A stretch of DNA of 64,000 nucleotides from the NCBI GenBank assembly GCA_965657355.1, contig CBFHOE010000011.1, positions 1 through 64,000 on the forward strand. The letters are read 5' to 3'. Below the pieces are notes generated by a model that worked only from the letters and a program-made list of their open reading frames with translations, searched no databases and was not told the DNA's origin. The position numbers and the translations under genes were made by a program. This document shows, in pieces, positions 29,510-40,100 of the stretch. Positions within the stretch are counted from its first letter, which is position 1. Each line of letters begins with the position of its first letter. The DNA comes from Limisphaerales bacterium. GTDB lineage: Bacteria > Verrucomicrobiota > Verrucomicrobiia > Limisphaerales > JAJOIW01.

Positions 29510-31015
29510 TCAACTCACAGAATAAAGAGATCCGTATCGATTTTTTAAATACTGCATCAGGGGTTTGGAACTGAGTGGTTGCCCTGTGACATGCGTGGCG
29601 AGAGTAGAAGCATTGAGCTGCATTCCTTTGCTGTGGATATTATGACGCAGCCAGGAAAGAAGTGGCGAGGAATCTCCTTTACTAATATTTTCTTCAAGAT
29701 CAGGGAGATCCTCATTGACCTTTTGCCAAATCTGAGCGGCGAGCATGTTGCCAATGCAATAGCTCGGAAAGTATCCGAAAGCACCTCCCGACCAATGAAC
29801 ATCTTGAAGACAGCCCTCCTTGTCATTTTCAGGGGTCAAAGATAAATACTTTAAGCTTAGCTCATTCCAAATTTGTGGTATTTCCTCAACAGAGATGTCA
29901 CCAGAGAAGAGGCCTCGCTCAATTTCAAACCTCATCACAATATGAAGATTGTATGTCACCTCGTCCGAATCAACTCGAACTGGGATTGCTGAAACAGCAT
30001 TAATGGCAAGATAAAGGTCATGACTTGAAATACTCTTCAGTTGCTCGCCAAAAATTTCACGATATTTTGGTTCCCAGAATTCCCAAAAAGGGCGACTTCT
30101 TGCCACTTGGTTTTCCCATAGGCGGGATTGGGATTCGTGAGCTGCCATCCCAGCTGCTGTCCCAAGAGCATTCCCAATCTCTTGAGACAATAAACCTTGT
30201 TCATAAAGACCATGGCCAGTTTCATGTATGGAACTAAAGAGCGAGTCGAGCGGATTATCTTCAAAAAACCGGGTTGTCATTCGAGTATCTAAGCCACAAC
30301 CACTGCAAAAGGGATGAATAGACTTATCCAAGCGTCCCCTTGAAAAATCAAAGCCAAGATTTTGAATAACACTCTTCAGGAATAATTCCTGCGAATCAAC
30401 AGGAAAACCTTTTAGTAATTCGGGACGTGCTGTAATTGGCGAGGCAATTATAGCTTTGACGAATGGGGCCAAATCATAGACGAGATCATCAAATAACCCC
30501 CCTATGATGTTGGCGCTCATGCCAGGGTCAAACTGATCAATCCAATAATCGTAAGCTGCGCCTCCGCTGAACCCCTGATAATTTGCTTCTTCTTTAGCCA
30601 GTTCTACCTGCTCTTTTAAGAGTGGGGCAAAAGAATTAAAGTCGGCTTTCTCACGAGCTTCGGCCCATCCGTGATAGGCTCGACTTTGAGCTTCTGCTTT
30701 GCGAGCTGCAAATTCTGAAGGCAACCTTTGCTTCCTATCGAATTCTTTTCTTGCCTGGCCGATAACAAGTTTTTGTTCGGAGGAAAGGTTGCCACTGTCG
30801 ATTTCAGCTTCCGCTTCATTTAAGGCGGCTTCGGTAGCCGGAGAAACGGCTTCGCGATGCAACAACTCTGATAGAAACGCAGACTGTTCACCGCGAAAAC
30901 CAGAGCTTTCACGAGGTAAATTGACTTGTTCGTCCCAACCAAGAAGGTCGGAAACTGAATTCAAGCGATGCAGGTATTGCAGTCTGTTGTGAAGTGCCTT
31001 ATAGGAATCTGGCAT
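29510..31015 (-). CDS. Carboxypeptidase M32 (Taq family)
   Basis: HPF, HETGHGLYEQ (HExxH), HESQS, RVDSDEVTY, QDVHW and GYFPSY. Confidence 0.95.
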   Translation of the reverse strand: MPDSYKALHNRLQYLHRLNSVSDLLGWDEQVNLPRESSGFRGEQSAFLSELLHREAVSPATEAALNEAEAEIDSGNLSSEQKLVIGQARKEFDRKQRLPSEFAARKAEAQSRAYHGWAEAREKADFNSFAPLLKEQVELAKEEANYQGFSGGAAYDYWIDQFDPGMSANIIGGLFDDLVYDLAPFVKAIIASPITARPELLKGFPVDSQELFLKSVIQNLGFDFSRGRLDKSIHPFCSGCGLDTRMTTRFFEDNPLDSLFSSIHETGHGLYEQGLLSQEIGNALGTAAGMAAHESQSRLWENQVARSRPFWEFWEPKYREIFGEQLKSISSHDLYLAINAVSAIPVRVDSDEVTYNLHIVMRFEIERGLFSGDISVEEIPQIWNELSLKYLSLTPENDKEGCLQDVHWSGGAFGYFPSYCIGNMLAAQIWQKVNEDLPDLEENISKGDSSPLLSWLRHNIHSKGMQLNASTLATHVTGQPLSSKPLMQYLKNRYGSLYSVS

Positions 31016-31017
31016 TC

Positions 31018-31983
31018 TTATTCCTTACCAGGCAAACCATCGGCACTTCGCAGGAATTTGTAAAAATCCGAATCAGTGGATATTATGAGGGTGTCCCCTT
31101 TGGTAATACTAGATTCGTAAGCTTCCAAGGTTTTCTGAAATTCATAAAACTCACGCGCCTCTTGGCTTGAATTATAGGCATCTGCGTATATTTTCACAGC
31201 CTCTGCATCTGCGTTACCACGAATCTCTTGGACCTGTTTGTAAGCCTCGGAATCAATCTGCTTAAGCTCTTTCTCTTTCCGCCCAATAATTTCAGCGGCT
31301 CTCCCTTGTCCTTCGGATCTAAACTTATCGGAAATCCTATTTCGTTCTGCTTTCATTCTATTCAGTATTTCCATTTTGACTTCATTGGAGTAGTTCAGTC
31401 TTTTAAATCTAAAGTCGAGTAGTTCAATCCCGATTGGAGTTAATGAAGGCACTGCTCTATCGAATATTTCTTTCTCGAGTTTGCTGCGGCCTTCTTTGAA
31501 GGAAGCTAATACCCCGGTACTCAATCCTTCACCGATATTTTCTTCATCCACCAAAGCCTCACGTTCCTCAGACCTGATAAGTTCAACGAGATTATTATCA
31601 GCAATGACATCCCTGGCAGCGCCATCCAAAATGCCGTCCAACCGAGACTGAGCGCCTATTTCATTATTAACAGCCCGGAAAAATTCTAGGGGATCTGTGA
31701 TGCGCCAGCGTGCATATGTATCGATTCTAAAAAGCTGTTTGTCCTTAGTCGTGACATCATTTGCTAAGCCGTCCCACTCCAAGAACCTTTTATCAAAGCG
31801 CATAACCTTTTGGATAAAAGGAAGTTTAAAATATAAACCAGCCTCAGTAATTGGTTCTCCAACAGGCTTTCCAAATTGGGTTTTGAATACTTGTTGCCTC
31901 ATATCAACAACAAAAACACAGTTAAGTGAGACGATAATTAGAATAACCGCCAGGGCGATAAGGATTTGAAATTTGGTTTTCAT
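31018..31983 (-). CDS. hflC: Protease modulator HflC
   Basis: N-terminal TM, GLYFKLPFIQ, SPFH domain, RMKAER and FRSEG. Confidence 0.93.
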   Translation of the reverse strand: MKTKFQILIALAVILIIVSLNCVFVVDMRQQVFKTQFGKPVGEPITEAGLYFKLPFIQKVMRFDKRFLEWDGLANDVTTKDKQLFRIDTYARWRITDPLEFFRAVNNEIGAQSRLDGILDGAARDVIADNNLVELIRSEEREALVDEENIGEGLSTGVLASFKEGRSKLEKEIFDRAVPSLTPIGIELLDFRFKRLNYSNEVKMEILNRMKAERNRISDKFRSEGQGRAAEIIGRKEKELKQIDSEAYKQVQEIRGNADAEAVKIYADAYNSSQEAREFYEFQKTLEAYESSITKGDTLIISTDSDFYKFLRSADGLPGKE

Positions 31984-32005
31984 GTCAGTTTCTTTCTTTT
32001 TTGAT

Positions 32006-32989
32006 TTACTTACCAGGGCTTAAGTTGAGCAATGGAAGAATGCCGCTCCCTTCTCCGTCAGTGATGTATTTGTTTCCTGTTTGCTGCATAACTTTTTCCA
32101 TTGTCTCCAGATACATGCGCTGGCGGGTGATTTCCGGAGCTTTTTGGTAAGCCTCATAGACAGAAAGGAAACGATTTGCATTACCTTGTGCTTGGTTCAC
32201 ACGTTCTATAGCATAACCCCGCGCTTCTTGGATTCTCTGCTGGGCTTCCCCTTTTGCTTTGGGTATCGCTTTCTGATACTCCTGATCTGCTTGATTAACT
32301 AATGTTTGCTGTTCTTGCTGAGCTTTGTTTACAGCGTCAAAAGCCGGTTTTACTTCTTCTGGAGGGTTGACGTCCTGGAGAAGAATATTATCGATACTGA
32401 CACCCATTTGATATTTGTCACAAAGCAATTGCATTCTCCGTTTTACTTCGGACTGAATTTCAGAACGACCTGTGGTCAAAACTTCAGTAACCAGTCTATC
32501 ACCTATGACCTCGCGCATTACCGATTCATTCATCACCCGAAAAGTGGAGGCATGGTTCTTGACCTTGAAAAGATAGTTAGTGGGATCATGGTGGATTTTA
32601 TATTGGACTTCCCACTCAACATCAGCGATAGAAAGATCGCCTGTAACAATCAAACTTTCTTGTGGATAATCCTGTCTTTCATATTGGGTCCTTACTCCAG
32701 CTCTGGATGTTCTATACCCAAATTCCACTTTTTGCTGAACAGTGACCGCAACTTTTTCAACTGTCTGAATCCCAAATGGTAATTTAAAATGGAGACCTGG
32801 ACCCACAGTGTTTGAATATTTTCCAAAAATGAGAACGACACCACGTTCATCCGGCTGAACTTTATACCACGAGGTAATCAAAAGCCCGAAGAATACAAGG
32901 AGTCCAAAAATTGGAACGAGAGCCTTTGGAATTGCAACTGGCTCCATTCTTTTAACTTGTGACTGGTCATCATTATCACGGTTGTCCAT
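32006..32989 (-). CDS. hflK: FtsH protease modulator HflK
   Basis: PGLHFKLP, TGDLSI, QDVNPPEEVKPAFDAV and APEITRQRMYLETM. Start is 32989 or 32947. Confidence 0.93.
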   Translation of the reverse strand: MDNRDNDDQSQVKRMEPVAIPKALVPIFGLLVFFGLLITSWYKVQPDERGVVLIFGKYSNTVGPGLHFKLPFGIQTVEKVAVTVQQKVEFGYRTSRAGVRTQYERQDYPQESLIVTGDLSIADVEWEVQYKIHHDPTNYLFKVKNHASTFRVMNESVMREVIGDRLVTEVLTTGRSEIQSEVKRRMQLLCDKYQMGVSIDNILLQDVNPPEEVKPAFDAVNKAQQEQQTLVNQADQEYQKAIPKAKGEAQQRIQEARGYAIERVNQAQGNANRFLSVYEAYQKAPEITRQRMYLETMEKVMQQTGNKYITDGEGSGILPLLNLSPGK

Positions 32990-32999
32990 GATGCTAAAT

Positions 33000-33905
33000 A
33001 TGTCAAAAACGATAGGGAACGTCAAATTACCAATCATTTACGATAAAGATTGCGCTGAATACCATCGTGCTGGCCATCCTGAGCGACCACAACGTGTTTT
33101 GGGGACTTCGACATATTTGAGACAACAGAAAAGAATAGCTATTGACTGGATAAAACCTGGATTAGCAAGAACAGAGGATTTAATGCTCGCTCACACAAAG
33201 GGTCATATAAAAAAAGTAGATGAGCCTGAAGAAGATTTTGATGGCGACACGGCGGCCCATGATAGAATTGGAGAACATGCACGCCGATCCGCTGGGGCAT
33301 CGATAAAGGCTCTTGATTGCGCAATGGAGTCAGAATGCAAGAAAGCTTTTTCATTAATGCGTCCGCCGGGTCATCACTCTACCCCAACTCAGGCTATGGG
33401 ATTCTGTTATTTTAGCAATGCAGCGATAGTGGCTTTGTTGGCACAGAAAAAGGAGTATAAAAAAATTGGGATAATTGATTTTGACGTTCATCATGGCAAT
33501 GGCACGGAGGCTGTTGTTCTGAACAAACCGAACATTAGGTTTGCATCAACCCATCAATCGCCATGCTATCCTGGAACGGGCCTTAAAGATGAGGGGAATA
33601 ATTGCTATAATTACCCAATTAAACCTAATACACCCCCAGAGGAGTATATGAAGCGCATCATAGAAGCAATCAACAAAATCGAAGATTTTGATCCCGACCT
33701 ACTTGTGATATCGGCTGGATTTGATGCTTATAAACATGACCCTATAGCGAATGAACTGCTCGACACCAGTGATTTTGAACAAATTGGAAAGATACTTGGT
33801 TCAAATTTCAGTCAACCAAGTATTGGGATATTAGAGGGCGGGTATTCCGACGATCTCCCATTACTGGTGGATGCTTTTTTAAGGGGATGGCTCGATGTAA
33901 ATTAG
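33000..33905 (+). CDS. Histone deacetylase / acetylpolyamine amidohydrolase family protein
   Basis: HPERPQR, RPPGHH, GFCYF, DFDVHHGNGT, SAGFD and EGGY. Confidence 0.93.
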   Translation: MSKTIGNVKLPIIYDKDCAEYHRAGHPERPQRVLGTSTYLRQQKRIAIDWIKPGLARTEDLMLAHTKGHIKKVDEPEEDFDGDTAAHDRIGEHARRSAGASIKALDCAMESECKKAFSLMRPPGHHSTPTQAMGFCYFSNAAIVALLAQKKEYKKIGIIDFDVHHGNGTEAVVLNKPNIRFASTHQSPCYPGTGLKDEGNNCYNYPIKPNTPPEEYMKRIIEAINKIEDFDPDLLVISAGFDAYKHDPIANELLDTSDFEQIGKILGSNFSQPSIGILEGGYSDDLPLLVDAFLRGWLDVN

Positions 33906-35128
33906 TTTTTAACCATTCTCAAATGATAGGCTATTCCGATAAGCCCCAAAATCCAAAAAGACAATGTAATCACGAGAAAAATAATAAGGACCTTATCAAA
34001 CCCGTACCCCAGATTTAATATAAAACTGATAAGACCAGGACCGAGCGCAGTTGAAAACACAGCGAAAGTATTCGCAAAGCTTTTAATTGCTGCAATGTGT
34101 TTTGTTCCATAAATTTCAGGCCAAAGGGCGGAACTGGTGACCCCAGCTAATCCCTGCCCAAGTCCTAGCAAAATGTATAAAAGCCATGGCACCCAAAGAC
34201 CGTTACTAACAATTGGCGCCGCGACAGCAACCGAAACGGGAAAAAGAAAAATACCAAAAATTTTGATGGCTGAATACTTGTCAACAAGAGGGCCAGCAAT
34301 AAGTGAAAAAAGCAATCTTCCTGCTCCAAAACCTATAAAACTTCTAATCATCCAGCCTTGATCCCACCCTTTCCAATCTGCGATTCCCGATTGATTCCAA
34401 ATCAACCCCGTGGCGACCATTGGCAGAACCATCATTGAGGGAGTAAAAAGATAGAAACGGATATCTTTGAGGATCATCCCCCTTGTAAATGCTGGATCAG
34501 AACTTGGCTTGCTATTTTGTGATTCGCCCAGACCAACATCTACAAATTCGTCACGTGGCTGGGCAAGAAATGGAATCCATAGAATAACGAGAAAAATGAC
34601 TAATACTGCGACGACCCACCAAGTCATTCTCCAACCTATCCCTTCAATACAGATGGGAATAAAAAGAGGGAAAACGATTTCACCTAATGAGAATCCAATC
34701 GAAGTAAGGCCCAGGGCTTTTCCTCGATTGGAATAAAACCATCGGATCATAGCAGTTTGAGCAGTAAGCCCCATCATTCCTTGCCCTAAGAACCGAATGA
34801 AAAACAAACAAAAACACCACATGAATGTCCAGTTTGAAAAACTCATTAAGACACATGAAATTACAAGTCCACAAGCAATGATTTTAGTCCCTTTCAAAGA
34901 GGTCGTTTTATCTAAATAGGGACCAACTATGCTAATAGTCACAGCACTCACCAAAGTAGCGGCTGAGTAAGCCACATTATAAAATCCCTCACCAAGACTA
35001 AGAGACTCCCTAAAGTAACTTGAGAACATGGACAAAAAAAATGTCTGCCCAGGACTGGAGAAAAATTTAACTAAAAGGCCAAAAAAAAGTAATCGAGGAA
35101 ATTGCCTTACGAATGAGAAATAATTCAT
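33902..35128 (-). CDS. MFS transporter
   Basis: About 12 hydrophobic segments, SSPGQTF, RFLGQG and WPEIYGTKH. Confidence 0.88.
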   Translation of the reverse strand: MNYFSFVRQFPRLLFFGLLVKFFSSPGQTFFLSMFSSYFRESLSLGEGFYNVAYSAATLVSAVTISIVGPYLDKTTSLKGTKIIACGLVISCVLMSFSNWTFMWCFCLFFIRFLGQGMMGLTAQTAMIRWFYSNRGKALGLTSIGFSLGEIVFPLFIPICIEGIGWRMTWWVVAVLVIFLVILWIPFLAQPRDEFVDVGLGESQNSKPSSDPAFTRGMILKDIRFYLFTPSMMVLPMVATGLIWNQSGIADWKGWDQGWMIRSFIGFGAGRLLFSLIAGPLVDKYSAIKIFGIFLFPVSVAVAAPIVSNGLWVPWLLYILLGLGQGLAGVTSSALWPEIYGTKHIAAIKSFANTFAVFSTALGPGLISFILNLGYGFDKVLIIFLVITLSFWILGLIGIAYHLRMVKN

Positions 35129-35266
35129 TTCAGCAAGGCATCAAAGAGTGGTGATAGAAATCCTGGAGTGCGACGCGGTGGCCGTAATGGTAACCAGCAG
35201 ATACTGGACGACGATCCCGGGAGTAAAGATCACAAGACACTAGCTCATTAATTTCCAGGTTAGCGG

Positions 35267-37057
35267 TCAATGATATTCCTGGAGCGCCTTCACCTTATAG
35301 CCAGCTTTTTTAAGAGCTTTTATGCCCTCGATAGCAGCATAAGCCCCGCTTAAAGTTGTCATGATTGTCGTGGCGGTATAGACGGCAGTCGTACGTATGG
35401 TAATTTCGTCAGCTCGAGGGACTTGACCAGAGGGGGTATTAATAACTAGATGCAACTCATTGTTCTTAAGGAGATCAACAACATTAGGACGCCCTTCCTG
35501 GAGTTTGTGAATTCGAGTTACTGGTAATCCTTCATTTTCGAAAACTCTAGCTGTTCCCGATGTTGCGACTAGTTCAAAGCCTAGTTTAGAAAATTCACGC
35601 CCTATTTGAGCTACTTCTTTTTTATGATGATCCGCAACACTAATAAAAACTTTACCGTCCAGTGGTAGCGCAGAACCTGCGGCCATCTGAGATTTGGCAT
35701 ACGCTATACCGAGGTCTTTATCCAAGCCCATGACCTCACCAGTTGATTTCATCTCAGGAGAAAGTAATATGTCCTGGCCACGAAATTTGATAAATGGGAA
35801 AACCGATTCTTTGACCGCTACGTGTTCTGGTGTGATCTCCTCGGTAAATTCCAACTGCTTAAGTGTCTTGCCACTCATGACACGGGCCGCAATTTTAGCC
35901 ATGGGTTTTCCAATGGCTTTGCTGACGAATGGAACAGTTCTCGAGGCACGAGGGTTGACCTCCAAAACATAAACAACCCCATCTTTGACAGCATACTGAA
36001 CATTCATGAGTCCAATGACCTTGAGTTCCCTGGCCATGGCGTATGTGTGCTCTCGAATTTTTTGAATGATATCGTCTTTGAGCGTATGTGGCGGCAATAC
36101 CATCGCAGCGTCCCCAGAATGGACTCCAGCGTATTCAATATGTTCTAACATACCACCTATTACGACATCACCTTGATGTGGGTCATCAAACAAACCAACA
36201 TCACTTATCGCATCAACATCAATTTCGACCGCATCTTCGAGAAATTTATCAACTAGGACAGGACGTTCAGGAGATGCCTCAACAGCCTCTCGCATATATT
36301 GCTTTAGCTCGCTATCTGAGTATACAATTTGCATCGCTCGTCCACCGAGAACAAAACTGGGCCTAACCAAAACAGGATATCCTAATTTTCCAGCTGCCTG
36401 AATAGCCTCTTCTTCATTTGTCGCTAAGCCATTCGGAGGTTGGTTGATCCTAAGCTTTTCGAGCATCTCTGCGAATAGTTCTCTGTCTTCCGCCATTTCG
36501 ATACTTTGCGGAGAAGTCCCGATAATGTTGACGCCATTTTCTTGAAGCCCGAGAGCTAAATTTAAAGGAGTTTGCCCACCGAATTGAGCTATAGCTCCCC
36601 AGCATTTTTCGCTGTGATAAATATTGAGTACATCTTCGAGCGTTAGAGGTTCGAAGTATAATTTATCACTTGTATCGTAATCGGTGGAGACTGTTTCTGG
36701 ATTGGAATTGACCATCACGGTTTCAAAACCATCCTCTCTCAAGGCAAATGAGGCGTGCACACAGCAGTAATCGAATTCAATGCCCTGGCCTATTCTGTTT
36801 GGTCCGCCTCCAAGAATCATAACTTTTTTCTTTTCGGTGGCTTTGATCTCATTTTCCCCATCGTCGTATGAGGAATAATAATAAGGGGTAAAGGCTTCAA
36901 ACTCGGCAGCACAAGTATCCACTAATCGATAACCCGGCACTATCCCATTTTCATGCCTGAAGAGGCGAATTTCTTCCTCACTTTTACCAGTGAGATGGGC
37001 TATTTGTTGGTCGGAAAAGCCAATTTTTTTGGCTTGGGCAATCAGTTCAATGTCCAT
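35267..37057 (-). CDS. carB: Carbamoyl-phosphate synthase large subunit, C-terminal half only
   Basis: Starts at MDIELIAQAKKIGFSDQQIA (oligomerisation domain), then GPNRIGQGIEFDY, a single ATP-grasp (RPSFVLGG, EVNPRASRT, PEMKSTGE) and an MGS domain; 596 aa. Confidence 0.92.
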   Translation of the reverse strand: MDIELIAQAKKIGFSDQQIAHLTGKSEEEIRLFRHENGIVPGYRLVDTCAAEFEAFTPYYYSSYDDGENEIKATEKKKVMILGGGPNRIGQGIEFDYCCVHASFALREDGFETVMVNSNPETVSTDYDTSDKLYFEPLTLEDVLNIYHSEKCWGAIAQFGGQTPLNLALGLQENGVNIIGTSPQSIEMAEDRELFAEMLEKLRINQPPNGLATNEEEAIQAAGKLGYPVLVRPSFVLGGRAMQIVYSDSELKQYMREAVEASPERPVLVDKFLEDAVEIDVDAISDVGLFDDPHQGDVVIGGMLEHIEYAGVHSGDAAMVLPPHTLKDDIIQKIREHTYAMARELKVIGLMNVQYAVKDGVVYVLEVNPRASRTVPFVSKAIGKPMAKIAARVMSGKTLKQLEFTEEITPEHVAVKESVFPFIKFRGQDILLSPEMKSTGEVMGLDKDLGIAYAKSQMAAGSALPLDGKVFISVADHHKKEVAQIGREFSKLGFELVATSGTARVFENEGLPVTRIHKLQEGRPNVVDLLKNNELHLVINTPSGQVPRADEITIRTTAVYTATTIMTTLSGAYAAIEGIKALKKAGYKVKALQEYH

Positions 37058-37195
37058 GGTTTTTGTTTGGCGCGGGAAACACGCACACCTGCTAGGAATA
37101 GCAATTAACCTTATCCTTGTCCCGGAATCAAGAAGTAAGGCTTGAAATATCGGAAAAAATGATTTTTGGAGAAGTGTCAATAGACCGAAAGGAAT

Positions 37196-40100
37196 TCACT
37201 CACCTTCAGTCTCCCTCATTTCACTCAAGCGTTTGTAATAATCGTCGACAAATTTAGAGAATTCAGCGGGAACAGGATCTCTGTCTATAGGAACAAGTGC
37301 GCTATTGTTCTGTCGTTTTAATGCGAGGGCTTCATCCACCATGGATTCCAATTTAAGAATGGGATCAAGAATTTCCATGTTGACCAAATCCCATTGAGGA
37401 TCATTGCCAGTTCTTCGGAATTCCTGCCTGATTTCACGCGCCCGATCATTAAGTTGAGCAGCTTGATCTCTCATGGCTTCATCAAAAACCATGTCCTCGA
37501 CCTCCTCAAGGCTCCGGCTCCATTCTTGAAAATTTTGTCCTGTAAATGGACCCTGCGGAGCTCCTCTATTCCCTCCATCATTAGCAAATCCCTCCCTTTC
37601 CATGAAAAATGGAATGTCTTGGTCCAAGGTATCATTTTGCCCCCCGCCAGGATTTGAATCATTTGTTTCATTTTGATCAGTGGGTGAATTTTGGCTTGTT
37701 CCGGGATTCCGACCACCCCCGCCTCGAGGAGCTTGTCCATTCGGAGATTGCTGCTGCTCACCTCCATTTTGTTCGTCTTTTGTGGGTAGCTGCTGTTGCT
37801 GAGCTATTGGTTGGTTTTCTTGCTGTGCCGCTGCGGCATTAGGATTTTCATTTTCAGATTGTTGAAGGCTTGGCCGGTTCTCTCCGGGCTCAGTATTCTG
37901 TTGATTCACCGAATCAAGCGAGGTGGTGGAAGAATTCTGATTCTGGGCGAGATTTCTGACCTCGTTTTCTACTTCCTCTCTCAGAGAGCGTAATCTATTT
38001 GCGGCCTGTTCGAGCGCGGCTGCCTCATCACCCAAAACTTTTTCAGCAGCCTCCCCTACTCCTTCTACAAGGTTTTCAATTCCTTCTTCTGACTGTTCTC
38101 TAAACTGCTCAGCCATAGGTATGAATCCTCTTTCAACCATTTCCTGAGTTGACTCGAGTGTCTCAGCTAGTTGGTCCTGGCTAGCCTGCCGCAGTGCGTC
38201 GTAAAGGGCCTGCGACAATAGAGGCTCGGCTTCCTCTGACTGCTCACTGATTTCACGCATTGCATCTAGTATCTCGTCCAAATTGTCCTTGTTATCTTGG
38301 AGTTGATTGAGAAGGTCTCGTTCGCTTTGAGAGCCTGCGAGATTTTGAGATTTTTCCTTGCTAGATTGACTTATTTTTTCGGAAATTTCATTTTGATTTT
38401 GTTGGAGTTCTTGGGTCTTTTGAGAGAGTTCACGAATTTGCTCTGTGAATTGGCTAGCTGACCTTTCTCTAAAGTCTTGGCGTAATTGGTCAATAGATTG
38501 CTCAGCTCGAGCGCCTTCGTTTCTCGCCTGAGTGAGCTGGTTTTGCTGCATTGCCTGTTGAGCCTTCTCCATGGCCTCTCGGGTTTGATCCATTTGCTGA
38601 AGGGTTTCTTGCATTTCTCTTGAGGACGATTCGGTTACATCCTGACGTGCATTGTCCAGCTCTTGCATGAGCTCACGTTGTTCTTCTTGCAATTTTTTGA
38701 GTTCGCGTCGAATCCTCTCTTTCTCGTCCTCTGTCTCAGCCGCTCTCAATGCAGCATCGAGTTCCTGGATGCGCTCATTAACATCCAATTGTCTTTGCGC
38801 TAAATCGCGAAGTTTATCAAGCACTTGGGTGCGCGCTTGTTGTTCTTCGGTCTGATTGGATTGTGCTTGTGACTGGGTTTGGTAGTTGTTTTGATTTTGG
38901 TTGAACTCGAGCTGGTCAAGCATGCGCTGGGATCTATTGGCTTGACCTTGCTGGCTTTGCTGAGGGTTTTGATTTCTCGAAACATTCGACTCATCTTCAC
39001 TAAAAATTTTCAATAATTTTTGGAGCGTCTGTGTTTGAACAGGAATTGCAGACCTAAGATTTTTGATTTCTTCTGACTCCAGACTTTCATTTATGAGATC
39101 CAAAGATTTTTCCATCAGGGATTTGGATTCGGCAACCAAATCAGATATTTCCTTACTGGGTGTCAGCTCTTGAACTGCGGCATCCAGTGCTGAGATCAAT
39201 TCCATTTGTGACTCGGCCAAAGTTTCAACCGATTGTCGATATCGACTATTGATTCCTTGTTTAAAAGTATTCCAAGTTGCGGAAATGAGAAGTTTTTGAT
39301 TTTCAATTAAGCTTGCTCCTTGCGCCCCTTGTTGGTCTTGTTGTCCATTTTGATTTTGGTTTTGATTCTGATTTTGGTTCTGGTCTTGATTTTGTCCTTG
39401 TCTCAAGATCTGTTCGAGGCTTTTTACTGAGACAAAATAAATGTCGCTGTAGGACCTGCGCCTACTTCCATTAACGTCGTAATCATCGGCCCAAGCTGCT
39501 ACTGAAACGATGTCACCGGATTGAGAGTTTTTTTGCTCAAAGGAAATTAAGTGATCTATATTACCCTCTTGATAAATATCAATTTCTGTATTTGCTGCGC
39601 TTGGACTTTTGGGATTCGCAAACACAATCTCATCGGAATCAACCCCAGGCCACTCCATTATAATGCCATGACCAAGCAAACCAAAATCATCAGTCACTTG
39701 ACCTGATAATTGCAATTCCTCCAAAGGGGACACTTCAATATCCCGACCAGGTCGTGTCCATTTGAATTCTGGAAATTTATTTTCAATAATTTTTATAGAG
39801 AAATATGATAAAATCTTGTTGTTCCTGCCTTCATTATCAGTGAGAAGGAGTTTATACCTGGCATTTTCTGAAAGCTTAATATTCCAAGTAGCTGATTTGG
39901 GAGCAGATTCGTGAACTGCCAACTCTATTGGCTCTGATTGAATGGATTCCCCGCCTGAAGATGGGCTTATCGGGAAGAGCTGAGCTCTTTTTACTGGGAC
40001 ATTAAAATAAAATTTGTAGTTAAGCTCGGCACCTTCATTAGCCGTAACACTGAGGGTATCTTCGATGAATTCGTCACTTTTACCAAAGTAAGCCGGATAA

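Noticed and set aside
35129..35266. Relatively GC-rich spacer between carB and the MFS gene with short open frames
   Set aside because: No convincing start/RBS, no clear stable hairpin and no recognisable RNA family.
39331..39400. Short tandem repeats as a possible CRISPR or contingency locus
   Set aside because: They are in-frame Gln-Asn codons with synonymous variation and have no repeat-spacer structure.
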